Positions 12,564 to 23,964 of a stretch of DNA of 64,000 nt are shown in pieces. The stretch covers positions 2,051,589 through 2,115,588 of the forward strand of contig MU053994.1 of assembly GCA_013239625.1 (NCBI GenBank), read 5' to 3'. The notes below the pieces were generated by a model. That model searched no databases. It was not told the DNA's origin and saw nothing but the letters and a program-made list of their open reading frames with translations. This DNA comes from Lama guanicoe (taxonomy: Eukaryota). How positions within the stretch are numbered: position 1 is the stretch's first letter; each line of letters begins with the position of its first letter. Made by a program: the position numbers and the translations under genes.

Positions 12564-15500
12564 GCAAGCTCCAGGCTCTCTATCCTTTGGCAATTCGGGC
12601 CTCGCAAAGCTGGTTTCCTCTTACAGGCTCCCGTCAGAGCTGCTGGGGCTGTGGCAACGCCTGCAGCTCCCTGTGCAGCCCTGGGTCTCCCCGCAACACT
12701 GGGAGCTGTGAATCTGCCTTCTCTTCCCTTCCTGCAAAGGTCAAGCCATCTCCTTCTCTCGCACAGCCACAGTTCCATTCTGGCCTGCAGAGCTGATACA
12801 CTGCAGCTGGGATATGGGGATGGGGTGGGCAGCCATGCAGGCCAGAAGTCAGCCCCCCAAATGAGGGAGAAAGGGACCAAAGGGTGTGGGATTCGAGAAG
12901 AGAAACACTGCAGGCAAACCCCAGAGAGCAGTCGAGGATTTGTAGCCAGAGAAAGACTCAAGAGAGGGAGAGAAAACCAGGCAGAGGCTGTTAGGCTGTT
13001 AGGGGAAGACTGGGCCTTTCTTCCCCCAAGGACCGTGCTAGGGGCCGGCCAGGAAAAGAGGCCCCGGGGGTCTGTCTTGTGTCCTGTGCACTTCCTAGGG
13101 CCCAAGCACCTCGGGTTAGGCTGTGATTCACTCTAAGGGGGAGTCAGAAGCAAGCAAACAGGCTAAGACTTCGAATTCAGTGGCCACAGGAGATCGAGTC
13201 AGCTGTGGCCCCCCAAAGTACCCCAGAGAGGCCTTTCTGCCACCCCAACCCCAGAGAGGCTACTGAGTTCTGTAAGCAGCAGGGGAGGTGACCGCAACAC
13301 CTCACTGTGGAGAAAAATGAGAGGAAATGCCATTAAACCTACTTCCTCTAAAGAGCGCCACCCCCAGTTTTCTCTGTACTGCACCTAAAAAGTCAGGAGA
13401 GAGAACTCGTTAACTTTGGTTTGGTTTAACATTGCCAGCTTCAAGTCAACCGTAGCCCCCCTACCCCAAAGGTTTTGTGAAATATTTCACCTAGCTCAGA
13501 CAATTTCCTGCAGTCCCTAACTGGACCACCCCACTTACTAAGGAGCTGCCAAAAACCAAGCTTGACTATAGGCTAGCAACCAGAGGCCTTCCAGCCGCCT
13601 GGCTGGCCTGTACCCTCCACTCAGGAGTCTGGACAAGGCCCTTCACAGAATCCAGACAAACCAAGACCTGGATAACCCGGAAAGTCCAAAACCCTAAGGA
13701 GGGAGCCCAGAAAAAGGAGTTAAAGAGGCTTTTCTCACGAAACTGGTGTTTGTGTGAATTTCTGTCCCGTCCCCCGCCCCGTCCTCCATGAAATCTGTAC
13801 AATGGGCATGCGGATGTCTCACCTTCCCGAGGTGCTATACATTTTGAGGAGCGGCGCTACGGGAGAGAATGACCCCCTGTGTGACCCCTAGTGTCCTCCA
13901 CTTCCACCCGCCCCCTTCCCTGTTTCCCTCTGCATCATCTCACTAGGGAACATAGCAAACGGGAGTGGGATCCTTCGACTGCGCTGAGCCTCAGCCCCTT
14001 CCAAACGTGAGGCTCACGGGGAGAACTGCTCTGCCCAGTTTCCACTCCCGCCTCCAGAATAACGAGCCGAAAACATGTGTACTGTAAATAAAGCCTGTCT
14101 AAATAAAGCACTCGGGTGAAGGCTGCCGAGAAAACACTCGGCATCGCTCTGTGTTCAGAGCGTGAGTCAGCTTCCCAGCTCCCGGGAACAATGGGGACCT
14201 TGCCAAGGGTCCCCTTCTGTCGACCCCTGACGGCCCCCAGGCCCATTTAGGTGGCAGAGGCGCCGGCCTATTGGGACTTTAGGCCTCGAAGTTCGGGAGG
14301 GGGAGGGGCGCTGGCAGCAGGAGGTTGGGGTCCAGCCCCCGGATTAGCGCCGCCGGGAATCCCTCTACCCGCAGCTGCCGCGGAGGGGTTGAGGGTTAAA
14401 CAAACACGGAGCAGAGGAGCGAGCCTGGGGCGCTGTGGGGCTGCGGTCTGCGCGGCACGGAGACGGGAAGGGAGGGGATGCTGGGGGTGCTCGCTACGGA
14501 GCCTCCCGGAGGAGAGACGCCCCCTCCCCGTTCCCAAGCCAGGCTCTCGCCCACTCCGCCGGCCGCCTCTCCTCCGCGGCCTCCCAAGTCTCAGCGGAAA
14601 CGAACGTAGCAGCTGCCAGAGTCACCCCACTGCTTTTGGAGTCCCCATAGGCCCAAACACGTACACGACCCCACACGCACACGTGTGCTGGGGACTCCAG
14701 GAAGCCAGGCCCCAGAGTTCCCAGTGCGGGCGCCAAGGCCGAGAGAAACGGCGCCCCTTCGGTGGAGGGCCGTGTGGGGACCCGTGGTGGCCCCCACGCT
14801 AGTCTTATGTCTCGTCCTCTGGGCTCCGCTGCGGAGCGGCGCAGCCCCCAGCAGGGTTCCGACCGGAGCGCTGGCCTCAGCTCTGGCGTGGGCGGGTGGT
14901 TTCCCCGCGCCGCGTGACCTTGAGGGTCAGCGATCCACCCGGCAGGCCCGCGGTTTCCGGAGTGGCGCGGCCAGCCCTTCCTCCTCGCCTCTCCGGCCAA
15001 GGCCGCCCCCGACCGCCCAGCCTCGTCGCGCTCAGCCGGCCGGCTCCCGGCCCCGGGCGGGGGAGCTGGGCTGAAAGCATCGAGGGCCTCACCCACACCC
15101 TGCGGACACGCGCCCCGCCGGGGCCGGTGTTGGCGCTCCAGCAGCCTGACATTGCCAAATCGTCGCTGGGCAGGGTTGGGGGCGAGGCTTTGGGAACCGG
15201 GTTTGAGCTCGAGAAGGCGAGGAAAACAAGTGAAACGGGAGGGGCGGGGTGGGGTGACGGCTCATAAATCACCCAGCCCCACCCTCCGGCCACTCCGCAG
15301 AGGCGCCCCAACCCCGCTGGGGATAGAGGGTCACTCGGCCACTCCTGGCCGACCTCTGAGCTCTCCCGGAGCCAGCGCCCCACCCTGGGCTCAGGCCGCG
15401 CTAGGACCAGCTCCCAGCCCCGATCGTAAACCACCCGCCCGATTCGGCGGGAAGCCACCCTTGGACGCAGCGCGCATCCGCCCAAGGGGAAGTTTATTTA

Positions 15501-16308
15501 TAGCTTGTAAACGTAAAGGAAACCAGACCGCGCTGGCTCGCCGCGCTCGGGCTCCTACGCTCCCCACCTGCCCACCAGGGAGGGCGCGGCGGGAGGCGAG
15601 TGGGGCGTCTCGTTTCTTTCCCTCCTCCCCATCCCTACCCCCGCTCCGCTCCCGAGGGAGAAAGGGTAGGGTTCTAAGGGGCTGGCAAGCCTTAAATTCC
15701 TCTCGAGGCGCCTATCCAGTGCCGTGAAGGCCGGAGATGGGGGAGGACAGGGCTCAGGCACCGGCCTAGAGCGGGTGGGGGCGGCCGAGCTGTCCCACTT
15801 GGCACGCACCGGCGGGCAGGCCCGTCAGTGCGGAGCGGGATTCCGCAGCTCCTGCTCTGTGCCCGGGGAAGTCCTGGAGAGCCCGGGATGGGGGCGCTCC
15901 GGGAGCCTCTCCTTGGAAGGCGGGACGCTTCCCCGGTTCCTCCTGAGCACGTGTCCTCAGCAGAGCAGGCAAGCGCTGCGCGCCTGGGGCTGCGATCCGC
16001 GGGTGACAGCTGCTGAGAGCGCTCCCTCCCCAACCCCCGCCGTCGCCGTCGCCGCCTCTCGTGGGGAGCTCCAGGCTCCCGGGTGCGCTCGGGGCAGGCC
16101 CGAGGAGCCGGAGAAAAGGAAAAGTGCCGGGGAGGAGATTAGGGAGAAAAGACATTAAAAAGCCCAGCCCTGAATAGACAAGCAGCCGAGCTGAAAAAGA
16201 CGCCTGCCAGCCCCTCTCCCCCTAACCCCCGACTCCCAGCCCTAGCGGCCTCTACCAGTCGCGGCGGTGCGCACCCACTCACTCCCGGCCTCAGCCCGGG
16301 AGAATTCC

Positions 16309-16372
16309 TGTGTGTGTGTCTGTGTGTGTTTGTGCGTGTGTGTATATGTGTGTGTCTGTGTGCGCGCGCGCG
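16309..16372. repeat. Imperfect (TG)n(CG)n tract
   Basis: TGTGTGTGTGTC...TGTGTGCGCGCGCGCG. Confidence 0.9.
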
Positions 16373-17419
16373 AGCGCCGGGCGGGCAGTTGCGAAACGGG
16401 CTCTTGGCTGCAGCGCGGCATAATGGAGGTGGCTGGAACAATGCGCGCTTTGTGCGCGCAGGGAGTTGTTTTCCACCCGCCTCGCCCCCCTCGCTCGGGC
16501 CGTATGGCACTTTAATCCCCACCACGGCTCGGCACAAATGCACTTGTGTCCTGCGGGTCACCGGGGGCCGTGCGGCTGGAGCCGACCCCCTCCATCAGCG
16601 GACCCCATCGCCGGCTGTCCCGTCTTTCTTCTTTTGCACCGACCCCCCCCCCAACCCCGACTGCCACTACTTCAATTCCCGGCGTGGGCCAGTGAGCCGG
16701 CTTGGAAGCTTCCGGGCGCGCGAACCACTTTTTTTTTCCGTGGAGACGGCGCATCCCTCCCCCCACTTCGCGAGCTCACACAAACACACCCGGGCCGACC
16801 GCAGGCCCCACACTCGCCGCCCTCCCTCTCCCTGTCTCGGCCCGCCCGCCCCCGCCCCGTGCTCCGGACTCCTGCGAACAATAGTAAATGTCAACAGATT
16901 CCGCGCGGCGAGTGTCTGACTCGGCCGAGATAAGGGTGCGCGGTTGGCCCCGCGCTCCGTGCCGCCGCGGGGGGAGCCCGCCCTGACCCCAGCAGGAAAG
17001 AACCGGCTGTGACGAAACCCGTGCCGGAGCAGGGGTGGATAGGAGGGGAGGCCACCAGTCCCAGCCCAGGGTGGGGGGGTGTCTAGCCGGGAGCCCAGGC
17101 CCCGCCCCGCCCCCACCCAGCTGAACTCGCTGCTAATGCCGGGCCGGTGGGCACGGGGAAAGCGGCCGGGTCGACGTGGCGCTCCGGCCTGCTTTCAGAT
17201 CACGATTCCAATGCCCTGCGGTTGTCGGAAAAACGCTGATCCGGGTCAGGATGCAGGCAGTTTTCCACCTACTGGGAGCCGGTACCCGAAAAACGCGAAA
17301 GATTCGATTGCTTGTCTCCGGAAGCTCATTAAAATATTTTTTAAGCGCGCACACACTCTCACAGATCCTCCTCCTGGACCGTCCGCAACCCACCACCCAA
17401 CTGAGTTAAAATTCACAAA

Positions 17420-17770
17420 TTGATTCTCACGCGTTGGTATTAATGGGTTGTTCCTCTTAAATTGTTGCCAACTTTGCTAATGGATTATTATTTAAATGAT
17501 TTCTTTTTTATAAAGTACGTGTTGTTTTATAGATGCGTATTTACTTAAAGAAATCAACTGCATCTATTAACATATTAAAGAGAGAATAAAGCATCGGGGC
17601 CGGTGTAATGTACTGTTCAGCCTTACTTTGGGTGCTTACGAAGATAGGAAAATCTTATTTGTTTAATAATAAGTCATCATGAATATGCAAATGACATCGG
17701 TGCAGTACCTCACTTCTGTCACTATTAATGAGTTGCAAATTAATGTGACAACAAAAGGAAAATCTATTTA
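17420..17770. promoter_or_regulatory. Candidate developmental enhancer (AT-rich block with POU, FOX and homeodomain motifs)
   Basis: ATGCAAAT 17685-17692, TATTTACTTA 17538-17547, TATTTGTTTA 17656-17665, TAATGGATTA 17478-17487. No repeat signature. Confidence 0.5.
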
Positions 17771-18609
17771 GTGGAGGAACTCGGGTTCCTACCTGGGGAG
17801 ATCACAAGCAAGCTCCGGAAAGGACAGGAATGGGGATGGACACTTCCTCATCGAGTCTTTTCCTGGAGGCCACTATTGTTTGGTCTCAGGGACCTGCTTT
17901 GTCAGGAGCCCCTTAAAATTCCTGCTCCAGGCCTAAGGAAGAAAGGCTGTTCCAGGGTAATTAGGGCCAAGTGTGATTAATGGAAATCAGCCCACAGTTT
18001 GAAGTAAAGCAGTTGGTGAAGCAGATTTGGGGGGTGGGGGGTCTCCCCCAGCCAGCTTAAAGATTCCCCAAAGCCTTTTTGGCCTCTGTTGCCTTGAACA
18101 GAGTTAGGACTGTAAGTACCCAATCAGGCCTCACTGGCCTGACCACAGGTATTAAGACAGCACCCTATGCGCTTTGCATTTTACGAGGTGACTCGGCTGA
18201 TGGGAGGTTTAAGAACAGATCAGCTCACTTTCCTGCCGACCTACTTCCCAGAGGTTACAGACTGAAATCTGGTTGTCTTCCACTGGAGACTTTGCTCTTT
18301 TCTGGCCTACACATCAGAGCCTGGTTTTATTCCATCAATGGATGCTGAAGAGAATGTTTCTAATCCAGTTAAGTTTGGAAATGTCTCTGAGAAAAAAATA
18401 AACGCTGAGCTGCCCAGAACCATGGGCTAACAGTTCAGGTGCCTGGGTAGTATTTCAAGAAGCTGTTTGACTAGGGAAGCTTCTGGGCAGATGCAAATAT
18501 TCTATATTTAACCTGATTGATGGCTATGTGGTTATTTACAAATGTAAAAATTCATCAGGCTGTACATTTAAGATTTGTATGCTTTATTATGTGTGAGTTA
18601 TATCTTGTT

Positions 18610-19108
18610 CTGTGTGCCTATTACTGTGTAAAGCCACCTCAAAGCTTGGTGGTGTAAACAACAATAATCATTTATTTCGCTCAAGAATCTGCTATCTGGG
18701 CAGAGCTTGGCAGAAACGGCTCACCTCTGCTCCACACTGCATCAGCTGGGGCAACTCAACTGAGATTCAAGGATCCATTTTCAAGACAGCTCACACACAT
18801 GGTTGGCAAGTTGGGGCTGGCTCTGATTCTTCTCCATGTGGGCCTCTCCAGAGGCTGGCTTGGGCTTCCTCACAGCATGGTGGCTGGGTGCCAAGAGTGA
18901 GCACCCAAGAGAGCGAGGGAACGGAAACTGCTAGTTACTTAAGGAGACTAAGCCTGGAAACAAGCAGTATCAGTTCCGCCATATTCTGTTGGTCAAGCAG
19001 TTACAGAGCCCAGATTCAAGGGGGAAGAGGACATCAACCCCTCCCTCTTATCTCTCAATGGGAAGTGTGTCAAAGAATCTTGGAGCTCTGTTTTAAAACT
19101 GCCATATA
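18610..19108 (-). mobile_element. MaLR (MLT1-type) solo LTR, directly abutting the RPL29 retrocopy
   Basis: Reverse MLT1 motifs (AAACAACAATAATCATTTATT...GGCTTCCTCACAGCATG...TTCCGCCATATTCTGTTGGTCAAGCA...CAGATTCAAGGGG). Confidence 0.7.
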
Positions 19109-19783
19109 CTCTTTCTCTTCCGGTCCCAGGCGATTCAGGATCTCCCCGGTCCAGTGCAGACATGGCCAAGTCGAAGAACCACACCACACACAACCAGTCC
19201 TGAAAATGGCACAGAAACAGCATCAAAAAGCCCCGATCAGATCACAGCGATATGATCTCTTAAGAGGGTGGACCCCAAGTTCCTGAGCTACATGCGCTTT
19301 GCCAAGAAGCACAAGAAGGGCCTGAAGAAGATGCAGGCCAACAACGCCAAGGCCACGAGTGCACGTGCCGAGGCTGTCACGGCTCTCATAAAGCCCAAGG
19401 AGGTCGAGCCCAAGATCCCAACGGGCAACCAACAGCTGCAGGCTCAGTCGACTTGCCTACATTGCTCACCCCAAGCTCGGGAAACGTGCTGGTGCCCGCA
19501 TCACCAAGGGTCTCAGGCTCTGCCAGCCAAAGGACAAGGACAAGGACAAGGCTCAGACCAAGGCCACAGTTTCAGCTGCAGCTCCCGCTCTGGCTCTGGC
19601 TCAGGCTCCCAAAGGTGCCCAGGCCCCCACAAAGGCTTCAGAGTAGAGACCTTCATCTGTTGATGTGAGGATAGAAGGACTGGTGTGACCCCTGGGCTGC
19701 TGCCTGCATGGGGCTCATGTCTTCCTGTGCTGTTTGTACAAATAAACCTGAGGCAGGATCTATCAGTCAAAAAAAAAAAAAAA
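19109..19783 (+). pseudogene. RPL29: Processed pseudogene of 60S ribosomal protein L29 (eL29)
   Basis: 5' pyrimidine (TOP-like) leader CTCTTTCTCTTCC. ATG at 19162 gives MAKSKNHTTHNQS then premature TGA at 19201. Frameshifted remainder ([50 protein letters not shown] at 19644-19646). No introns, AATAAA at 19741, poly(A) 19769-19783, degenerate TSD. Confidence 0.95.
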
Positions 19784-20786
19784 CCTGTCATCTATTTCAT
19801 TTTAAATGAAAATCGAACACATGACATCATTTTTTGCTTCATGTCCTCCCCCTCCTTTGCCGCCTTCTACATCTCTTTCCTCCAGACCATCAGTGGGAAT
19901 TATTTGATATCCCAGTAAATTCATGTGGCTGTATATAGAAAAGACCATTAAAACTGGGGTTTTAGTTACTATTGATTTATTTAAGTTCCAGATTTTTTAC
20001 ATTTAGAGTTTCACAAGGCTTTCACTTCCATTTATTAACCTTGTTTTTTAAGTTGGAATCATAAAGCTAATCTGCCAAATTCTTTACTACCCCCAAGTTT
20101 TCATAAACACTACAAATTAAATCACAGGCATAGATTGTTCCTGAACTTAACACCAAAATATCACTACAGTATGCTTGATTGATTTCATCTTCTCCGTATT
20201 CAATTCTCAACCTTCCCAAGGTTAAGAGGACACCCTCTGAGGAGGGTGTTTTGCCAACTCAAGAGAGTTGAGGTTATTTGATACAAGAGAAAGTTTAAGG
20301 CTTTGGAATAAGCATAAGAGATTACTGGCTATTCTTTCGATGGAATGCTGGAGCCTGAGGGTGGGGGTATCTTCCGAACCTACCGCGATATGAACCATTG
20401 TCTTTGCCAGGCTATTTTACAACTCTATAAGATGCTGAGAACTCGTAGCACTGTGAGGACTTCTTGCCTATAGATAAGCAAATAACTTCTCTCTGGGGAA
20501 GTGACAACCCCTACCCCCACCCCAAAAGCCAGTTTGGGGTCCATTTGCAAATTTATTTCAATGTTCCCCTTCTACAAATGTTTCTGTTCTTGGGATTCTC
20601 CTTTGAACCAGTTATATCTCACCCGTTCCCTCATTTAATTAATGACCTATATACAACCTTTGACATGTGTTCACTTTGTATTTGTATGAGAGTCATGATT
20701 TTGCCTTCTTTTGAGGTTGATCCTTTGACGTTGATCAACGGTTCATCACACTATTCAGATTAACATTTGTGGCTGGGTAGAAATTG

Positions 20787-20870
20787 TTTTTTGTTTTGTT
20801 TTGTTTTGTTTAATGAAGGTACGGGGGATTGAACCCAGGACCTCATGCATGCTAAGCATGCACTCTACCC
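20787..20870 (-). mobile_element. tRNA-Ala-derived SINE (vic-1-like)
   Basis: GGGGATTGAACCCAGGACCTCATGCATGCTAAGCATGCACTCTACC preceded by a (TTTTG)n tail. Confidence 0.85.
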
Positions 20871-21199
20871 ACCCCCACCCCCACCACTGGGTAGGAATTG
20901 GAGGCCAGGACATGGGCCCTACAGAACTCCAGGGAGAATTTGCTTACATCCCGGACGGACCACCAGAGCCCTTCTTAATCCTGTTTATAGTTGCTATGAC
21001 AACTGACGATCCAAGGCCATACCCTTCAAGTAGAATTTTTTTTCTTAATCTCAGGTTCCCAGTTCAAGGTAAATCCTACCCTGATTCTTTTCTAACCTCT
21101 GGTCTCTCTGCCCTGTCATCTGAAGGAGAGGGAAATATGTTCAGGCTACCACCCATGTTGCCTCAACACTTGATTGGATTCAATTAACCTATTTACCAC

Positions 21200-21978
21200 C
21201 TGTGGTGGTTTTTAAATATGTCCACAAATTCTTCGATTCTCCTCCCTTCAAAAGGTGGAGCCTGATTTTCCTTCCCTTGGTTGTGGGTGGTGCTTAGTGA
21301 CACCTCTAATGAATAGAATGTGACCGTATGTGACATCCATGATTAGGGTAGAAAAGGCATTGTGGCTTCCTCACTGCTATCTGGGGAAGCCAGCTGCCAT
21401 GTTGTGGGTATCTTGCAACCCTATAGGGTAAGCCAAGTGTTGAAGAACTGAGATCTGCCAACAGCCATGTGAATGAGCCGTATTAGAAAGAGATCTTGTA
21501 GCCCCAGTGGACCCTTCAGACCCGTATCTTGACTACAACCTCATGAGGGTCCCTGACTCCTGAATTCCTGACTTACAGAAACTGTGAGATAATAAATGTT
21601 TTGTTACAGAAATAGGTTACAGACATAGTAAACAATCTTATGGTTACTGGGGAAAGGGGGTAGAAAGGGATAAATTTGGGAGTTTGAGATTTGCAAATGT
21701 TAGCTACTATATATAAAAACAGATTAAAAAACAAATTTCTTCTGTATACCACAGGGAACTATATTCAATATCTTGCAATAACCTTTAATGAAAAAGAGTA
21801 TGAAAATGAATATATGTATGTATATGCATGACTGGGACATTGTGCTGTACACCAGAAATTGACACATTGTAACTGACTGTACTTCAGTAAAAAAATAATA
21901 TATTTCAAAAAATGTTTTGTCGTTGCAAGCCACTAAATTGTGGGGTGATTTGTTACACAGCAATAGATAACCAGTACA
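21200..21978 (+). mobile_element. MLT1-type LTR split by an L1 insertion
   Basis: Starts TGTGGTGG, has GAAACTGTGAGATAATAAATG, resumes AAGCCACTAAATTGTGGGGTGATTTGTTACACAGCAATAGATAAC after the L1. Confidence 0.75.
21605..21909 (+). mobile_element. LINE-1 3' UTR fragment with TSD AAATGTTTTGT
   Basis: L1 3' end motifs and A-rich tail. Identical 11-mer at 21594-21604 and 21910-21920. Confidence 0.8.
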
Positions 21979-23342
21979 TGAATCAACCTTGCGTTTGGCA
22001 TAGCTCTAAACCATTCTAATAACACAAAACACATTTCTCTTTTACCTAGGTGGTAGATGTGCCTCTTTCAACTCCCAAAGCAAGATACCCACCCAACTCT
22101 CAACCTTAAGAACCACGTTCTAAAAACCATGAAGAATAACCTAAATCACATTTCAGAGACTGAGAGAAAAGAGTGAATTAAATATATGGCAAATTAATGT
22201 TTCCAGCAATAACAGTGATGATAAACTAACAGAAGCAGTAAAACCGTTTGAAAGAGTTCTTTTGATCACTTTGCTGTTGAAAGTCATCTTTGTAAGAATT
22301 CATTATCATTTTAACTTACAGAGAGGAACCATTCTTGGAGACGGTGTCAAAACGAAACAAAACTCACACTCATACCCTACAAGAAGCCACCAAAAGTGTG
22401 AAAAGCTAAACTGAGGTGATTCAGTTCTGGAGGAGTGAATCTCCTATAGGTATGCCCCGAAGTGCTACTTCAAGATAAAATAACTTCCTTTCTCTGTGCA
22501 CGGTATTTTTCAACAACTAAAAAGATAAAACATTTGGAGTGTGACCCAAATGACTCAGACAGCTTCCTGTCCCAGGAACAGGGACTTCCTAGTGTAGCTA
22601 AGACTCCTCCTAGAAAAGAGTATATAGACCATCACATAGTCAAATTACTTAGTCCCGTGGTTTTCCAAGAGTTTCGATGGGAAAAAGGAAGCTGTGTGTG
22701 TCTGTATCTGTGTCTGTGTGTCTGTCTAACATTATTCCAGAAAGGCTTTGGTAAATTTTTAATAAAAATGTAATAAAGTGATAGAAAAATATAAATAGTA
22801 AGTAAGAGAATGTGGGAGAATCTCAGAAGGATGAGATAATACAAAGGCCACAGGAGAAATATTTCTCTTCTAGCAATTCGTCCACATTCAGTATTCACTC
22901 ATTGGAATAATATTTCTTGAATGGCTACTGTAAGCTAGATGATGGTGATAGTAAAATATGTAAGACACAGCTCACTGGTAAAGATGCTTACAGTCTAATA
23001 GAGGGAAATAGATAGATACAAATTATAGTGATTTGCTGTAAAATGTTGCAGGTGTTTTAACATGTCTTTGTAGGTTACTAGGAGTATATTCCACCAGAAT
23101 TGTGTACCCATGTTCATCAAAAGACAGGGGTCACTGCAGTGCTGTTGGTAATGACCCCCAACTGAAAACTACACAAATGCCCATCAACAGCAGAATGGGG
23201 AATGAAACTGTGGTGTCGTGACACAATAGAATACTATACAGCAGTGAAAACAAACAATCTACAATTGCACATAACAATATGGAGTGATCTCATAAACATA
23301 ATATTGAGTGGGAGAAGCCAGACATAAAAAAAAAACTGTGTT

Positions 23343-23493
23343 GGGGGAGGGTATAGCTTAGCAGTAGAGCACATGCTTAGCATGCACAAGGTCTTGGGTT
23401 CAATCCCCAGTACCTCCATTAAATAAATAAATAAACCTAATTACCTCCACCCCCCCCAAAAAAAAGAGTTAAAAAAAAAAAAGAAAGTAGATT
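23343..23493 (+). mobile_element. Full-length tRNA-Ala-derived SINE (vic-1-like) with TSD, inserted in an older L1 fragment (~23100-23760)
   Basis: GGGGAGGGTATAGCTTAGCAGTAGAGCACATGCTTAGCATGCAC...GGTTCAATCCCCAG, A-rich tail, AAAAAAAACTGTGT on both sides. Confidence 0.9.
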
Positions 23494-23964
23494 AAAAAAA
23501 ACTGTGTGATTCCACAGATCTGAAGTTTAAAAGCCACGCTAGCCTTTGTAGTGACAAGTCTGGACAATAGTTACCCTCTGGGAGGAGGCACAGGGGGACA
23601 GCTAGGGGACTGGGAAAGTCCTGTTCCTTATTTGGGGTGCTGCTTACCCACAAGTGCAACAAGTTGCGTCAGTCTGTGAAAATTCATTGAGCAATACATT
23701 TATGGTACAAGCACTTTTCTGTATGTGTGCAGTCCTTCAATAAACTGTAAGAAAAAAAACCCACCCTTTGAGAGAGTGCGTGTGTGGGCCAATGAGGAAG
23801 GCGTGGTTAGTTAATATTAGGGTTAATCTTAGGGTGGGGAGCTTAGGAAAACTTCCTGGAGGAGGTGATGCTGGCCCTGTCTTCACAGGTAAATCCACCT
23901 TAGCCTTGGGGATGAATTCAGGGCAGTATCAGGAGAGGGCAGAAATGCAAAAGCAAAACACAGA

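Larger units (their letters stand above)
7300..17400. promoter_or_regulatory. Orphan CpG-island complex (blocks approx. 7.3-9.0, 10.4-12.0 and 14.2-17.3 kb)
   Basis: Visibly very high GC and CpG density (many CGCG, GCGC and GC-box runs). Many overlapping low-complexity R/P/G/A ORFs, none resembling a known protein. ETS CCGGAAGTG at 8786-8794, YY1-like CAAGATGGCAGC at 7393-7404. Confidence 0.85.

Noticed and set aside
7397..17423. Many long ORFs (up to 267 aa) on both strands in the GC-rich region
   Set aside because: Arg/Pro/Gly/Ala-rich, overlapping in all frames, running through microsatellites, mostly non-ATG starts. Expected from stop-codon scarcity in CpG islands, with no domain recognised.
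18612..19663. 224-aa and 131-aa ORFs suggesting a chimeric LTR-RPL29 gene
   Set aside because: Non-ATG starts. The first is antisense LTR sequence running into the wrong RPL29 frame, and the second is a frameshifted pseudogene fragment.
20230..20270. Two adjacent small inverted repeats (ACACCCTC/GAGGGTGT; CAACTC/GAGTTG)
   Set aside because: Stems of 6-8 bp are expected by chance in 64 kb, and there is no supporting context.
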